Shown one piece after another: positions 1 through 8,350 of a DNA stretch of 32,000 nt. Below the pieces are notes generated by a model. The model worked only from the letters and a program-made list of their open reading frames with translations, was not told where the DNA came from and searched no databases. Both the position numbers and the translations under genes were made by a program. The first letter of the stretch is position 1; each line of letters starts with the position of its first letter. Location of the stretch: positions 300,001 to 332,000 of the forward strand of contig NZ_CP066018.1 of the NCBI RefSeq assembly GCF_016127575.1. Direction: 5' to 3'. This DNA comes from Cupriavidus necator (GTDB lineage: Bacteria > Pseudomonadota > Gammaproteobacteria > Burkholderiales > Burkholderiaceae).

Positions 1-1074
1 CCGTCCATCGACGAGTTCTACTACCTGTCGCGCATGACGCTGGTCAAGGACGAGAAGCACTTCGACAAGTTCGACCAGACCTTCGCCGCCTACTTCAAGG
101 GCGTCGAGAGCCTGGTCGACTGGAAGTCCGACATCCCGCTCGACTGGCTGCAGAAGACGCTGGAGCGCGAACTCTCGCCCGAGGAAAAAGCCAAGATCGA
201 GGCCATGGGCGGCCTCGACAAGCTGATGGAGCGCCTCAAGCAGCTGCTCGAGGAGCAGAAGGAAAAGCACGAGGGCGGCAACAAGTGGATCGGCACCGGC
301 GGCACCTCGCCGTTCGGCCACGGCGGCTACAACCCCGAGGGCGTCCGCATCGGCGGCCCGTCCAAGGGCAACCGCACCGCGATCAAGGTGTGGGAGACAC
401 GCGCCTACAAGGACTATGACGACCAGGTCGAACTGGGCACGCGCAATATCAAGGTGGCGCTGCGCCGGCTGCGCCGCTTTGCGCGCGAAGGCGCCGACAC
501 CGAGCTGGACCTGGACGACACCATCCACTCCACCGCGGCCAACGCCGGCCTGCTCGACATCAAGCTGCGGCCCGAGCGCCACAACAAGGTCAAGGTGCTG
601 ATGCTGATGGACGTGGGCGGCTCGATGGACGACCACATCAAGCGCGTGGAAGAGCTGTTCTCGGCCACCAAGACCGAGTTCAAGCACCTGGAGTACTACT
701 ACTTCCACAATTGCCTGTACGACTACGTGTGGAAGAACAACCGCCGCCGCCACGCCGAGAAGCTGGCCACGTGGGACCTGCTGCACAAGTACACGCCCGA
801 CTACAAGATCATCTTCGTCGGCGACGCCACCATGAGCCCGTACGAGATCCTGCAGCCGGGCGGCTCGGTGGAGTACAACAACACCGAAGCCGGCGCGGTC
901 TGGCTGAACCGGATGACCGAGCAGTTCCCGCACTTCGTCTGGCTCAACCCCGAGCCGGAAGGGCTGTGGCAGTACCGGCAGTCGATCACGGTCATCAACC
1001 AGCTGATGAAGGGACGGATGTATCCGGTGACGCTGGCCGGGCTGGAACAGGCGATGAAGGTGTTGTCGAAGTAA
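1..1074 (+). CDS. VWA domain-containing protein, CoxE-like (5' end cut by window edge)
   Basis: Frame 1 is open from base 1 (PSIDEFYYLSR precedes the first ATG at 34); stop at 1072-1074. The C-terminal half has a CoxE-type VWA core (KVLMLMDVGGSMDDH ... IIFVGDATMSPYE ... FVWLNPEP). This family normally follows a MoxR/CbbQ-type AAA+ ATPase, which would lie upstream of the window. Confidence 0.8.
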   Translation, partial: PSIDEFYYLSRMTLVKDEKHFDKFDQTFAAYFKGVESLVDWKSDIPLDWLQKTLERELSPEEKAKIEAMGGLDKLMERLKQLLEEQKEKHEGGNKWIGTGGTSPFGHGGYNPEGVRIGGPSKGNRTAIKVWETRAYKDYDDQVELGTRNIKVALRRLRRFAREGADTELDLDDTIHSTAANAGLLDIKLRPERHNKVKVLMLMDVGGSMDDHIKRVEELFSATKTEFKHLEYYYFHNCLYDYVWKNNRRRHAEKLATWDLLHKYTPDYKIIFVGDATMSPYEILQPGGSVEYNNTEAGAVWLNRMTEQFPHFVWLNPEPEGLWQYRQSITVINQLMKGRMYPVTLAGLEQAMKVLSK

Positions 1075-1103
1075 GGCAGCGCTGGCTGCTGAAGCGCGTA
1101 AGT

Positions 1104-1129
1104 GGCGGCATCGACATGCCGCCTTTTTT
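1104..1129 (+). terminator. Rho-independent terminator after the VWA gene
   Basis: GGCGGCAT-CGAC-ATGCCGCC hairpin (1104-1123) followed by TTTTTT (1124-1129), 30 nt after the stop codon. Confidence 0.75.
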
Positions 1130-1135
1130 CATGGG

Positions 1136-2125
1136 TCAGTCCACGGTGATGCCCGCCTGCCGGATGAACCTGCCATAGCGCGCGCGATCCACGTTCTGCC
1201 GCTCGGCAAACGCCTGGATGCTCAGCGGCGCCACGGCGCCGCCCAGCTTGTTGACGTTTTCCTGCAGCTGCGCGCCGGCGAGCGTGCGGTTGATCTCGCG
1301 GTTCATGCGCTCGACGATGGCCGGCGGCGTGCCGGCGGGCGCATAGACGCCGAAGGTCGAGTCGCCGTCCACGTCCTGCAGGCCGGCCTCGGCCAGCGTC
1401 GGCACGTCCGGGTATTGCGCCGCGCGCTTGGCGCTGGCCACCGCCAGCAGCCTGAGCTTGCCGCTGGCCACGTGCTGCAGGCCGGGGCCGGGATCGAACA
1501 TGAACTGCACCTGCCCTGCCAGCAGGTCGCTCAGGGCCGGGGCCGCGCCCTTGTACGGCACGTGCACGGCGTCCAGCTTGCCGGCGCGTTTGAACATCTC
1601 GGCAGCGATATGCGGCGTGCTGCCGTTGCCGGCCGAGCCGTAGCTAAGCCTGCCCGGATGCTCGCGCACATAGGCGATGAACGCTTCCAGCGTCTTCGCC
1701 GGCACCGACGGATGCACCAGCAGGTAGACCCGCACCAGCGCCACCGACGCGACCGGGGTCAGATCCTTGATCGGATCGTACGGCATCTTCTTGTAGAGGA
1801 AGGGATCGATCGCCACCGCGCCGCCCGAGGTCAGCAGGAAGGTATAGCCATCGGCCGGCGCCTTGGCCACGGCATCGCCGCCGACGATGCCGTTGGCGCC
1901 GGGGCGGTTGTCGATCACCACCGGACGCTTCAGCGCCTCGGACAGACCGGGCGAGATGCCGCGCGCCAGCGTATCCGCGGCCCCGCCGGCCGGGAAGTTG
2001 ACGACCAGCCGGATCGGCTTGTCCGGCCACGGCTGCGCGGCGGCCGGCGCGCTCACGCCAGCCAGCAGGCCCGGCGCGCACAGTGCGGCGCAAAGGGCGC
2101 GCGCGATACGGTGGGGGAATCGCAT
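1136..2125 (-). CDS. Bug-family tripartite tricarboxylate transporter substrate-binding protein (TctC-like), orphan
   Basis: 329 aa. Signal peptide (MRFPHRIARALCAALCAPGLLAGVSAPAAAQ), then family hallmarks (KPIRLVVNFPAGGAADTLAR, VIDNRPGANG, SYGSAGNGSTPH, HVPYKGAAPALSDLLAGQV). GGAGAC SD upstream. No tctA/tctB in the window. Confidence 0.9.
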   Translation of the reverse strand: MRFPHRIARALCAALCAPGLLAGVSAPAAAQPWPDKPIRLVVNFPAGGAADTLARGISPGLSEALKRPVVIDNRPGANGIVGGDAVAKAPADGYTFLLTSGGAVAIDPFLYKKMPYDPIKDLTPVASVALVRVYLLVHPSVPAKTLEAFIAYVREHPGRLSYGSAGNGSTPHIAAEMFKRAGKLDAVHVPYKGAAPALSDLLAGQVQFMFDPGPGLQHVASGKLRLLAVASAKRAAQYPDVPTLAEAGLQDVDGDSTFGVYAPAGTPPAIVERMNREINRTLAGAQLQENVNKLGGAVAPLSIQAFAERQNVDRARYGRFIRQAGITVD

Positions 2126-2184
2126 GATGGTTGTCTCCTGCCTTAGGTTTTGCTGCAGCCTGCCGCAGCGCTCTGCGGCGCCAC

Positions 2185-3636
2185 TCAGAACGGATATTGC
2201 CGTGGCGTGGTCTGCACCGTGATCCAGCGCAGCTCGGTGAAGGCATCGATCCCGGCCTTGCCGCCGAAGCGGCCATAACCACTCGCCTTCACGCCGCCGA
2301 ACGGCATCTGCGCCTCGTCGTGCACGGTCGGGCCGTTGACGTGGCAGATGCCCGATTCGATGCGGCCGGCGACCCGCATCGCGCGCGCCACATCGCCGCC
2401 GAACACGGCCGCCGACAGCCCATAGGCCGAATCATTGGCGCAGGCAATGGCCGCTTCCACGCCATCCACGCGCACCACGGCCTTGACCGGCCCGAACGAT
2501 TCCTCGCGATAGATCTCCATGTCCGGCGTCACGTAATCCAGCACCGTGGCCCGCATCAGCGTGTCGGCCGCCTTGCCGCCGCAGACCAGCCGCGCGCCCT
2601 TGGCCAGCGCGTCGTCGATCATGGCGTTGCAGCGCTCGACGGTGCTCATGTCGACCACCGAGCCCAGCACCGCCGGGCCGGTGCGCGGATCCGCCAGCGG
2701 CAAGGCGCCGGCGCGCGCGGCAAAGCGTGCCACGAAGGCGTCCGCGATGCTGGCATCCACCACGATGCGCTCGGTGGACATGCAGATCTGGCCTGAGTTG
2801 GCGAAGGCGCCGAAGATGGCACCGTCCACCGCGGCGTCCAGGTCGGCATCGTCCAGCACCACCAGCGGCGCCTTGCCGCCCAGTTCCAGCACCGCGGGCT
2901 TCAGGTGGCGCGCGCAGGCCTGCGCGATCAGCCGCCCCACGCGCGTGGAGCCGGTGAAGTTGATGCGGCGCACTGCCGGGTGGGCGATGATGGTCTCGAC
3001 CACGGCGGCGGCATCGGCCGGGGCGTTGGTGACAAAGTTGACCACTCCCGCCGGGAAGCCCGCCTCCGCCAGCGCATCGACGATCAGGCCATGCGTGGCC
3101 GGACAGATCTCCGAACCCTTCAGGATGACCGTATTGCCGCACGCCAGCGCCGTGGCCACGGCGCGCACGCCCAGGATCACCGGTGCGTTCCACGGCGCGA
3201 TGCCCAGCACCACGCCCGCGCCCTGCCGCACCGCCATGGCCAGGCTGCCCGGCACGTCGGAGGGAATCACCTCGCCGTTGATCTGCGTGGTCAGCGCAGC
3301 GGCCTCCTGCAGCATGCCGACGGCAAGTTGCACATTGAAGCCGGCCCACATCGCCGACGCACCGGTCTCTGCCGCCATCGCGGCGGTGAGCGCCCCGGCC
3401 TTGCCTTCAAGTGCCTGCGCCGCGCGCATGAGCAAGGCGCGCCGTTCGCCCGGCCCGGTGTCGCGCCAGGCCGGGAAGGCGCGCGCGGCAGCGTCGGCAG
3501 CGGCCAGCGCATCGGCGGCGGTGGCTGCCGGCGCCCGCGTGGCCACGCTGTGGTCAAGCGGGTTGCGGCGCTCGAAGGTGGCACCGTTGGCGGCCTGCGT
3601 GCGCTCGCCGTTGATCAGCATGGTGATGCTTTGCAT
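2185..3636 (-). CDS. NAD(P)-dependent aromatic aldehyde dehydrogenase (benzaldehyde/vanillin dehydrogenase-like)
   Basis: The ORF-track entry 2185..4083 is over-extended. The credible start is ATG at 3636 (MQSITMLINGERTQ...), preceded by an AGGAGA SD. It has ALDH motifs ELGGKAP and GQICMSTER (catalytic Cys) and FTGST. 483 aa, typical ALDH length. It begins 56 nt downstream of the decarboxylase gene on the same strand. Confidence 0.9.
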   Translation of the reverse strand: MQSITMLINGERTQAANGATFERRNPLDHSVATRAPAATAADALAAADAAARAFPAWRDTGPGERRALLMRAAQALEGKAGALTAAMAAETGASAMWAGFNVQLAVGMLQEAAALTTQINGEVIPSDVPGSLAMAVRQGAGVVLGIAPWNAPVILGVRAVATALACGNTVILKGSEICPATHGLIVDALAEAGFPAGVVNFVTNAPADAAAVVETIIAHPAVRRINFTGSTRVGRLIAQACARHLKPAVLELGGKAPLVVLDDADLDAAVDGAIFGAFANSGQICMSTERIVVDASIADAFVARFAARAGALPLADPRTGPAVLGSVVDMSTVERCNAMIDDALAKGARLVCGGKAADTLMRATVLDYVTPDMEIYREESFGPVKAVVRVDGVEAAIACANDSAYGLSAAVFGGDVARAMRVAGRIESGICHVNGPTVHDEAQMPFGGVKASGYGRFGGKAGIDAFTELRWITVQTTPRQYPF

Positions 3637-3692
3637 CCTGGAGTCTCCTGGAAGGGGTACTTCGTCTGTCGTCTGTCGTCTGGCGCCGCGGC

Positions 3693-5294
3693 TCAGGCTA
3701 CCTCGATCTCCACCACGGTCGGCACACGCATCCGCAGGGCTGTCGCCAGCGCTTCGCGCAATGCGGCAGGATGAGCCACTCGCGCCGCCTCGCAACCATG
3801 CCCGAGCGCAATCGACACGAAATCCAGATCGGGCAAGGCCGTGCCGACCAGCGGATCTTCGCTGCCAAAGCCGAAGGTCGGCGCAAACTCCTGCAGGGCG
3901 GCGTAGCGCCGGTTGTTGAGCACAATGAACGTGATCGGCAGGCCCAGTTGCGCGGCGCTCCACAGCGCCTGGATCGAATACATGCTGGAGCCGTCGCCGA
4001 CCAGGCCGATCACCTTGCGCCCCGGCTTGCCCAGCGCGACGCCCACTGCCGCGGGCAGGCCGTAGCCAAGCCCGCCGCTGCACATCGTATAGAAGGTCTC
4101 GCTGCGCAGGATGGGCAGGTGGCGATGCATCACCGGGCGCGCGCTGGGCGCTTCCTCGACCACGATGGAATCAGGGTCGCGCAGCTCCGCCAGCGTCTGC
4201 AGGACATAGGCGACGCTCATCGGCATGCCGGGCTCGGCGCGCGGTGCCGGCACGCGCGGGCGCGGGGCTTCGCGCCGCGGCGGCGCCGGGCGCGCCAGCA
4301 GGTCGGCCACGCCCTGACGGATGCTGCCGACTGCGGCAGTGCCCACCGGCGCCCATGCGGCGATATTCGGATCGTCGATCAGCTGCACCACCTGCGCCCC
4401 GGGCGGCGCATGGGGGCCACCCCCCTCGACGTGATAGGTGAAGGCTGCCGCCCCCAGCGCGAACACAAGGTCGTGGCCCGTGAGCAGCCCGACGATCTTC
4501 TCGCGCATCGCCGGCAGGAAGCCGGCAAACAGCGGATGGTCTTCCGGAAAGCCGCAGCGCCCCGACATCGGCGCCACCCACACCGCCGCCTGGTGCCGTT
4601 CCGCCAGCCGCACCACATCGTCCCAGGCGCCATCGCGGTCCACGGCCGCGCCCACCACGAACGCCGGCCGGCGGCTGGCATCGAGAGCGTCGCCGATCTG
4701 CGCCAGCAGTGCCGGCTGCACGCGGCTTTCAGTGCTGACCGTGCGCGGCAGCACCGGCTCGCACGGCCGGGCCCAGTCATCGGCGGGAATCGAGATCAGC
4801 ACCGGCCCGCGCGGCGGCTGCATGGCGATGTAGTAGCCGCGCGCAATCGCCAGCGGCACATCTTCGGCCCGCGCCGGCTCGCAACTCCACTTCACGTAGG
4901 GCTTGGGCAGCTCGGTGGCCTGGGCCGAGAACAGGAAGGGTTCGAACGGCAGGATCGAGCGCGCCTGCTGCCCGGCAGTGATCACCATCGGGGTGCGGTT
5001 CTTGTGGGCGGTGAAGATGCTGCCCATGGCATGGCCGACACCGGCCGCCGAGTGCAGGTTGACGAAGGCCGCATTGCGGGTGGCCTGGGCATAGCCATCG
5101 GCCATGCCCACCACCACGGACTCCTGCAGGCCGAGGATGTAGCGGAAGTCGTCGGGAAAATCGAGGAACAGCGGCAGCTCGGTCGAGCCGGGATTGCCGA
5201 AGATGGTGGTCATGCCGAACGCGCGCAGCAGGTCCAGCACAGCGGTGCGCACGGTCGTGGGAGTGGCGGCGGCAGGCGTGGCGGAAATGGCCAT
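3693..5294 (-). CDS. mdlC: Benzoylformate decarboxylase-like ThDP-dependent 2-oxoacid decarboxylase
   Basis: 533 aa. Close by-eye collinearity with Pseudomonas putida MdlC as I recall it: FGNPGSTELPLFLDFPDDFRYILGLQE, GYAQATRNAAFVNLHSAAGVG, VITAGQQ, VKWSCEPA, GDGSSMYSIQALWSAAQ. The equivalents of the catalytic Ser (GNPGS) and His (NLHSAAG) are present. Confidence 0.85.
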   Translation of the reverse strand: MAISATPAAATPTTVRTAVLDLLRAFGMTTIFGNPGSTELPLFLDFPDDFRYILGLQESVVVGMADGYAQATRNAAFVNLHSAAGVGHAMGSIFTAHKNRTPMVITAGQQARSILPFEPFLFSAQATELPKPYVKWSCEPARAEDVPLAIARGYYIAMQPPRGPVLISIPADDWARPCEPVLPRTVSTESRVQPALLAQIGDALDASRRPAFVVGAAVDRDGAWDDVVRLAERHQAAVWVAPMSGRCGFPEDHPLFAGFLPAMREKIVGLLTGHDLVFALGAAAFTYHVEGGGPHAPPGAQVVQLIDDPNIAAWAPVGTAAVGSIRQGVADLLARPAPPRREAPRPRVPAPRAEPGMPMSVAYVLQTLAELRDPDSIVVEEAPSARPVMHRHLPILRSETFYTMCSGGLGYGLPAAVGVALGKPGRKVIGLVGDGSSMYSIQALWSAAQLGLPITFIVLNNRRYAALQEFAPTFGFGSEDPLVGTALPDLDFVSIALGHGCEAARVAHPAALREALATALRMRVPTVVEIEVA

Positions 5295-5358
5295 GGTCGT
5301 GGAGGCTCCAGTGCGGAATCAGTGACAAAGCTTGCGGACCAGTATGGACAATCAGGCC

Positions 5359-5386
5359 TTGCCCAGAAATTGCCGTTTTGGGGCAA
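5359..5386. promoter_or_regulatory. Candidate LysR operator in the mdlC/LysR divergent intergenic region
   Basis: TTGCCC (5359-5364) and GGGCAA (5381-5386) form an inverted repeat inside the 109-nt divergent region 5295-5403. This is a by-eye motif only. Confidence 0.25.
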
Positions 5387-5403
5387 AGTCATTACGATTC
5401 GGC

Positions 5404-6312
5404 ATGACCCTCGATCTGCGCCAGCTCCTTGCCTTCCTTGCGGTGTGCGAACACGGCAGCCTGGGCCGCGCCGCCGCACAGCTGAACCTCACCCAGCCGG
5501 CACTGAGCCGCACCATCCAGCGGCTGGAAGCCCAGCTGGACGCGCCACTGTTCGAACGCTATGCCACCGGCATGGTGCTGACGGCCTACGGCGAGGCCCT
5601 GCTGCCGCACGCCAACCTCTTGCGCCACGAGGCCGAGCACGCCACCGAGGCCGTGCGCGCGCTGCGCGGGCTGGCCGCCGGCACCATCCGCGTGGGCACC
5701 GTCGCCAGCGTCGCCAGCGTGGTGCTGCCGGAGGCGATCGAGGCGGTGCTGGCACGCTGGCCTGGGCTGCGCGTGCGCATTGTCGAAGGGGTGGGAGATT
5801 TCCTGGCCGATGCGCTGCTGCGCCGCGAGATCGACCTGGCCATCGGCATCGCCCTGCCGGAGAACGAGGAAATCTGCGCCGTGGCGGATGTTGGCTGGAG
5901 CGACAGCAGCTTCGTGGTCGCCGCCGCCGGACATCCGCTGACGGGCAGGACGGCGCTGCGGCTGGCGGATACCGCCGCTTGCCGCTGGGTCATGCCGCCG
6001 CGCGGCACGGCGCCCTTCGACGAACTGCAGCGGCTGTTTGCGCGCGCCGGGCTGCCGCCGCCGGACATCGTCGCCGAAACCCGCTCGATCATTGCGCTCA
6101 AGGCGCTGGTGGCACGCGCGGGCTTCCTCAGCTGGATGGCTGCGCCGATGTACGAGGCCGAGCAAAAGGCCGGCATGATCCTGCCGCTGCCCATTGAAGG
6201 CGCCCAGGCGCCGCGCCGGCTGGCGGTGTACCGGCGCCGCCAGGGCATCCTGCCGGCGCCGGCGGCGAAGCTGCTGGAGCAGTTGCGCCGGTTGACATCG
6301 GACGTGGGCTGA
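5404..6312 (+). CDS. LysR-family transcriptional regulator (divergent from the decarboxylase operon)
   Basis: N-terminal wHTH MTLDLRQLLAFLAVCEHGSLGRAAAQLNLTQPALSRTIQRLE starts at ATG 5404. The track start at 5332 adds 24 non-conserved residues. 302 aa, typical LysR length. Confidence 0.88.
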   Translation: MTLDLRQLLAFLAVCEHGSLGRAAAQLNLTQPALSRTIQRLEAQLDAPLFERYATGMVLTAYGEALLPHANLLRHEAEHATEAVRALRGLAAGTIRVGTVASVASVVLPEAIEAVLARWPGLRVRIVEGVGDFLADALLRREIDLAIGIALPENEEICAVADVGWSDSSFVVAAAGHPLTGRTALRLADTAACRWVMPPRGTAPFDELQRLFARAGLPPPDIVAETRSIIALKALVARAGFLSWMAAPMYEAEQKAGMILPLPIEGAQAPRRLAVYRRRQGILPAPAAKLLEQLRRLTSDVG

Positions 6313-6315
6313 ACG

Positions 6316-7224
6316 TCAGGTGGGCCGCGCCAGGTCGGCCCCTTCCATCACCCATGCGCGGAACGTGCGCAGCGCCGGCAGGTGCTGCTTCTGCTCCGGA
6401 TAGCACAGGTAATAGCCCTTCTTGGCCAGCACCTGGGCCGGATGCGCCACCACCAGCGCCCCGGTGGCCAGCTCTTCCTCGATCAGGCAGCGCGGGATCA
6501 GCGCGATGCCCAGACCCGAAAGCGCGGCCTGCGTGAGCAGCGAGAACTGGTCGAAGCGCGCGCCGCTCCAGGCCTCGCGGGTTGGCACCCCCAGCGTGGC
6601 GAACCAGTCGGGCCAGGCTTCGGGCACGGTGGTGTGGTGCAGCAGCGGATAGCGCAGCAAGGCAGCGGGCGTGGGCGCAACGCCGCCGGGCTCGGACGCC
6701 AGCAGGCCCGGACGGCACACCGGCAGCACCTCGCGCCCGGTCATGTAGTCGGCCAGGCTGCCGGGCCAGACGCCGTCGCCGAAGCGGATCGCGGCGTCCA
6801 GGTCCGGCTCGGAAAAATCGTAGCCCTGCGCGTGCGGCACGAATTCGAGCTTCACTTCCGGATGGCGCGCGAAAAACTGCGGCAGGCGCGGGATCAGCCA
6901 CTTGGCGCCCAGCGTCGGCATGCTGGCGATATGCAGCACGCCGCCCCGCCCCTGCCGCGCCATCAGCTCGACGGTGGCGGCCTCCAGCTCGTTCAGGCTG
7001 GGGCCGATGCGCTCCAGGTAGCGCTCGCCCGCGGTGGTCAGCATCAGGCGCTGGCGCACGCGCTGGAACAGCTCCACGCCCAGGTAAGCCTCCAGGCTGC
7101 GCACCTGCTTGCTGACCGCGCCTTGCGTGACATGCAGTTCACGCGCGGCTACGGTAAAACTGTTATGGCGTGCCGCGGCCTCAAAGGCCTGCAACTCGGT
7201 CAGCGACGGACATAAGCGTCGCAT
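6316..7224 (-). CDS. LysR-family transcriptional regulator, GcvA-like subgroup
   Basis: 302 aa. N-terminus LTELQAFEAAARHNSFTVAARELHVTQGAVSKQVRSLE is typical of the GcvA/AmpR-like LysR branch. Divergent from the Bug/amidohydrolase pair. Confidence 0.88.
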   Translation of the reverse strand: MRRLCPSLTELQAFEAAARHNSFTVAARELHVTQGAVSKQVRSLEAYLGVELFQRVRQRLMLTTAGERYLERIGPSLNELEAATVELMARQGRGGVLHIASMPTLGAKWLIPRLPQFFARHPEVKLEFVPHAQGYDFSEPDLDAAIRFGDGVWPGSLADYMTGREVLPVCRPGLLASEPGGVAPTPAALLRYPLLHHTTVPEAWPDWFATLGVPTREAWSGARFDQFSLLTQAALSGLGIALIPRCLIEEELATGALVVAHPAQVLAKKGYYLCYPEQKQHLPALRTFRAWVMEGADLARPT

Positions 7225-7348
7225 AAATCACCTCTAATTCACGACCAAATGGAATGAGCTAAGGATTTTATTTCGTTTGCGGCACGCTTGCTCGGGCGCG
7301 CAGAATCGTGAAATCCACTTTATTCCTCCCCTCGCCCTGGATCCCCCC

Positions 7349-8335
7349 ATGCAACGTCGCCATCTTCTCCGCCTCCTGGCCACCGCTTCGGCCGCCGCCG
7401 CTGCCGGCATCTCCTTCAGCGCCATGGCCCAGGCCGGCTATCCGACCAAGCCGATCACGCTGGTGGTGCCCTTCCCCGCCGGCGGCACCACGGACATCGT
7501 CGCGCGCATCGTCGCCGACAAGCTCGGCCAGCAACTGGGCCAGGCCGTGGTGGTTGACAACCGCGGCGGCGCCGGTGGCAGCATCGGCACCGCTTTCCTG
7601 TCCAAGGCGGCGCCGGACGGCTACACGCTGGGCATTGCCACGGCCTCGACCCATGGCATCAATCCGGCGGTCTACCCGCGCCTGTCCTACGATGCAACCA
7701 AGGACTTCACAACCATCACCAACCTGGCCTCGGTGCCCAACGTGATGAGCATCAACCCGGCGGTCAAGGCCACCGACATGAAGTCCTTCATCGCGCTGGC
7801 GCAGTCGCAGCCCAACAAGCTGGCCTATGGCTCGGCGGGCAACGGCAGCGTCTCGCACATGATGGGGGAACTGTTCAAGATGAGCAGCAAGACCGAACTG
7901 CTGCACGTGCCCTACAAGGGCGTGGGCCCGGCGCTGAACGACGCGCTGGCCGGCCAGGTGCAGGTGCTGTTCGACAACCTGCCGTCGTCGCTGCCATTCA
8001 TTGAAGGCGGCAAGCTGCGTGCGCTCGCCGTGGCAGCGCCCAAGCGCGTGGCCGCGCTGCCCAACGTGCCGACCTTCGCCGAGCTGGGCCTGGGCGAGGT
8101 CAACGACGCCGCCTGGTTCGGCCTGATCGCGCCGGCCAACCTGCCGGCGGATATCCAGACCAGGCTCCACACCGCCGCGGTCAAGGTGCTGGCACTGCCG
8201 GAAGTGAAGGCCAAGCTCGAGAAGCTGGGCGCGACCCCGGTAGGCGATACGCCGGCGCACTTTGCCGCCCAGATCAAGAGCGAAGTGGCCAAGAACAAGC
8301 GCGTGGCCGCCGCCGCCAGGATCTCGCTCGACTGA
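7349..8335 (+). CDS. Bug-family (TctC-like) periplasmic substrate-binding protein, orphan
   Basis: The start is best placed at ATG 7349 (MQRRHLLRLLATASAAAAAGISFSAMAQA, a twin-arginine-like signal). Hallmarks: KPITLVVPFPAGGTTDIVAR, VVDNRGGAGG, AYGSAGNGSVSH, HVPYKGVGPALNDALAGQV. Confidence 0.9.
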   Translation: MQRRHLLRLLATASAAAAAGISFSAMAQAGYPTKPITLVVPFPAGGTTDIVARIVADKLGQQLGQAVVVDNRGGAGGSIGTAFLSKAAPDGYTLGIATASTHGINPAVYPRLSYDATKDFTTITNLASVPNVMSINPAVKATDMKSFIALAQSQPNKLAYGSAGNGSVSHMMGELFKMSSKTELLHVPYKGVGPALNDALAGQVQVLFDNLPSSLPFIEGGKLRALAVAAPKRVAALPNVPTFAELGLGEVNDAAWFGLIAPANLPADIQTRLHTAAVKVLALPEVKAKLEKLGATPVGDTPAHFAAQIKSEVAKNKRVAAAARISLD

Positions 8336-8350
8336 CTTTACGGCAACACC

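Noticed and set aside
3637-4083. N-terminal 149-aa extension of the aldehyde dehydrogenase ORF (track start 4083)
   Set aside because: The extension overlaps the 3' end of the decarboxylase gene in another frame and is Arg/Gly-rich. The internal ATG at 3636 has an AGGAGA SD and gives the canonical ALDH length and N-terminus.
3771-6197. 808-aa plus-strand ORF, the longest in the track
   Set aside because: It runs antisense to the well-supported decarboxylase gene and out of frame through the LysR gene. The product is Arg/Gly/Ala/His-rich junk with no motifs. This is the typical stop-codon-poor antisense frame of a GC-rich genome.
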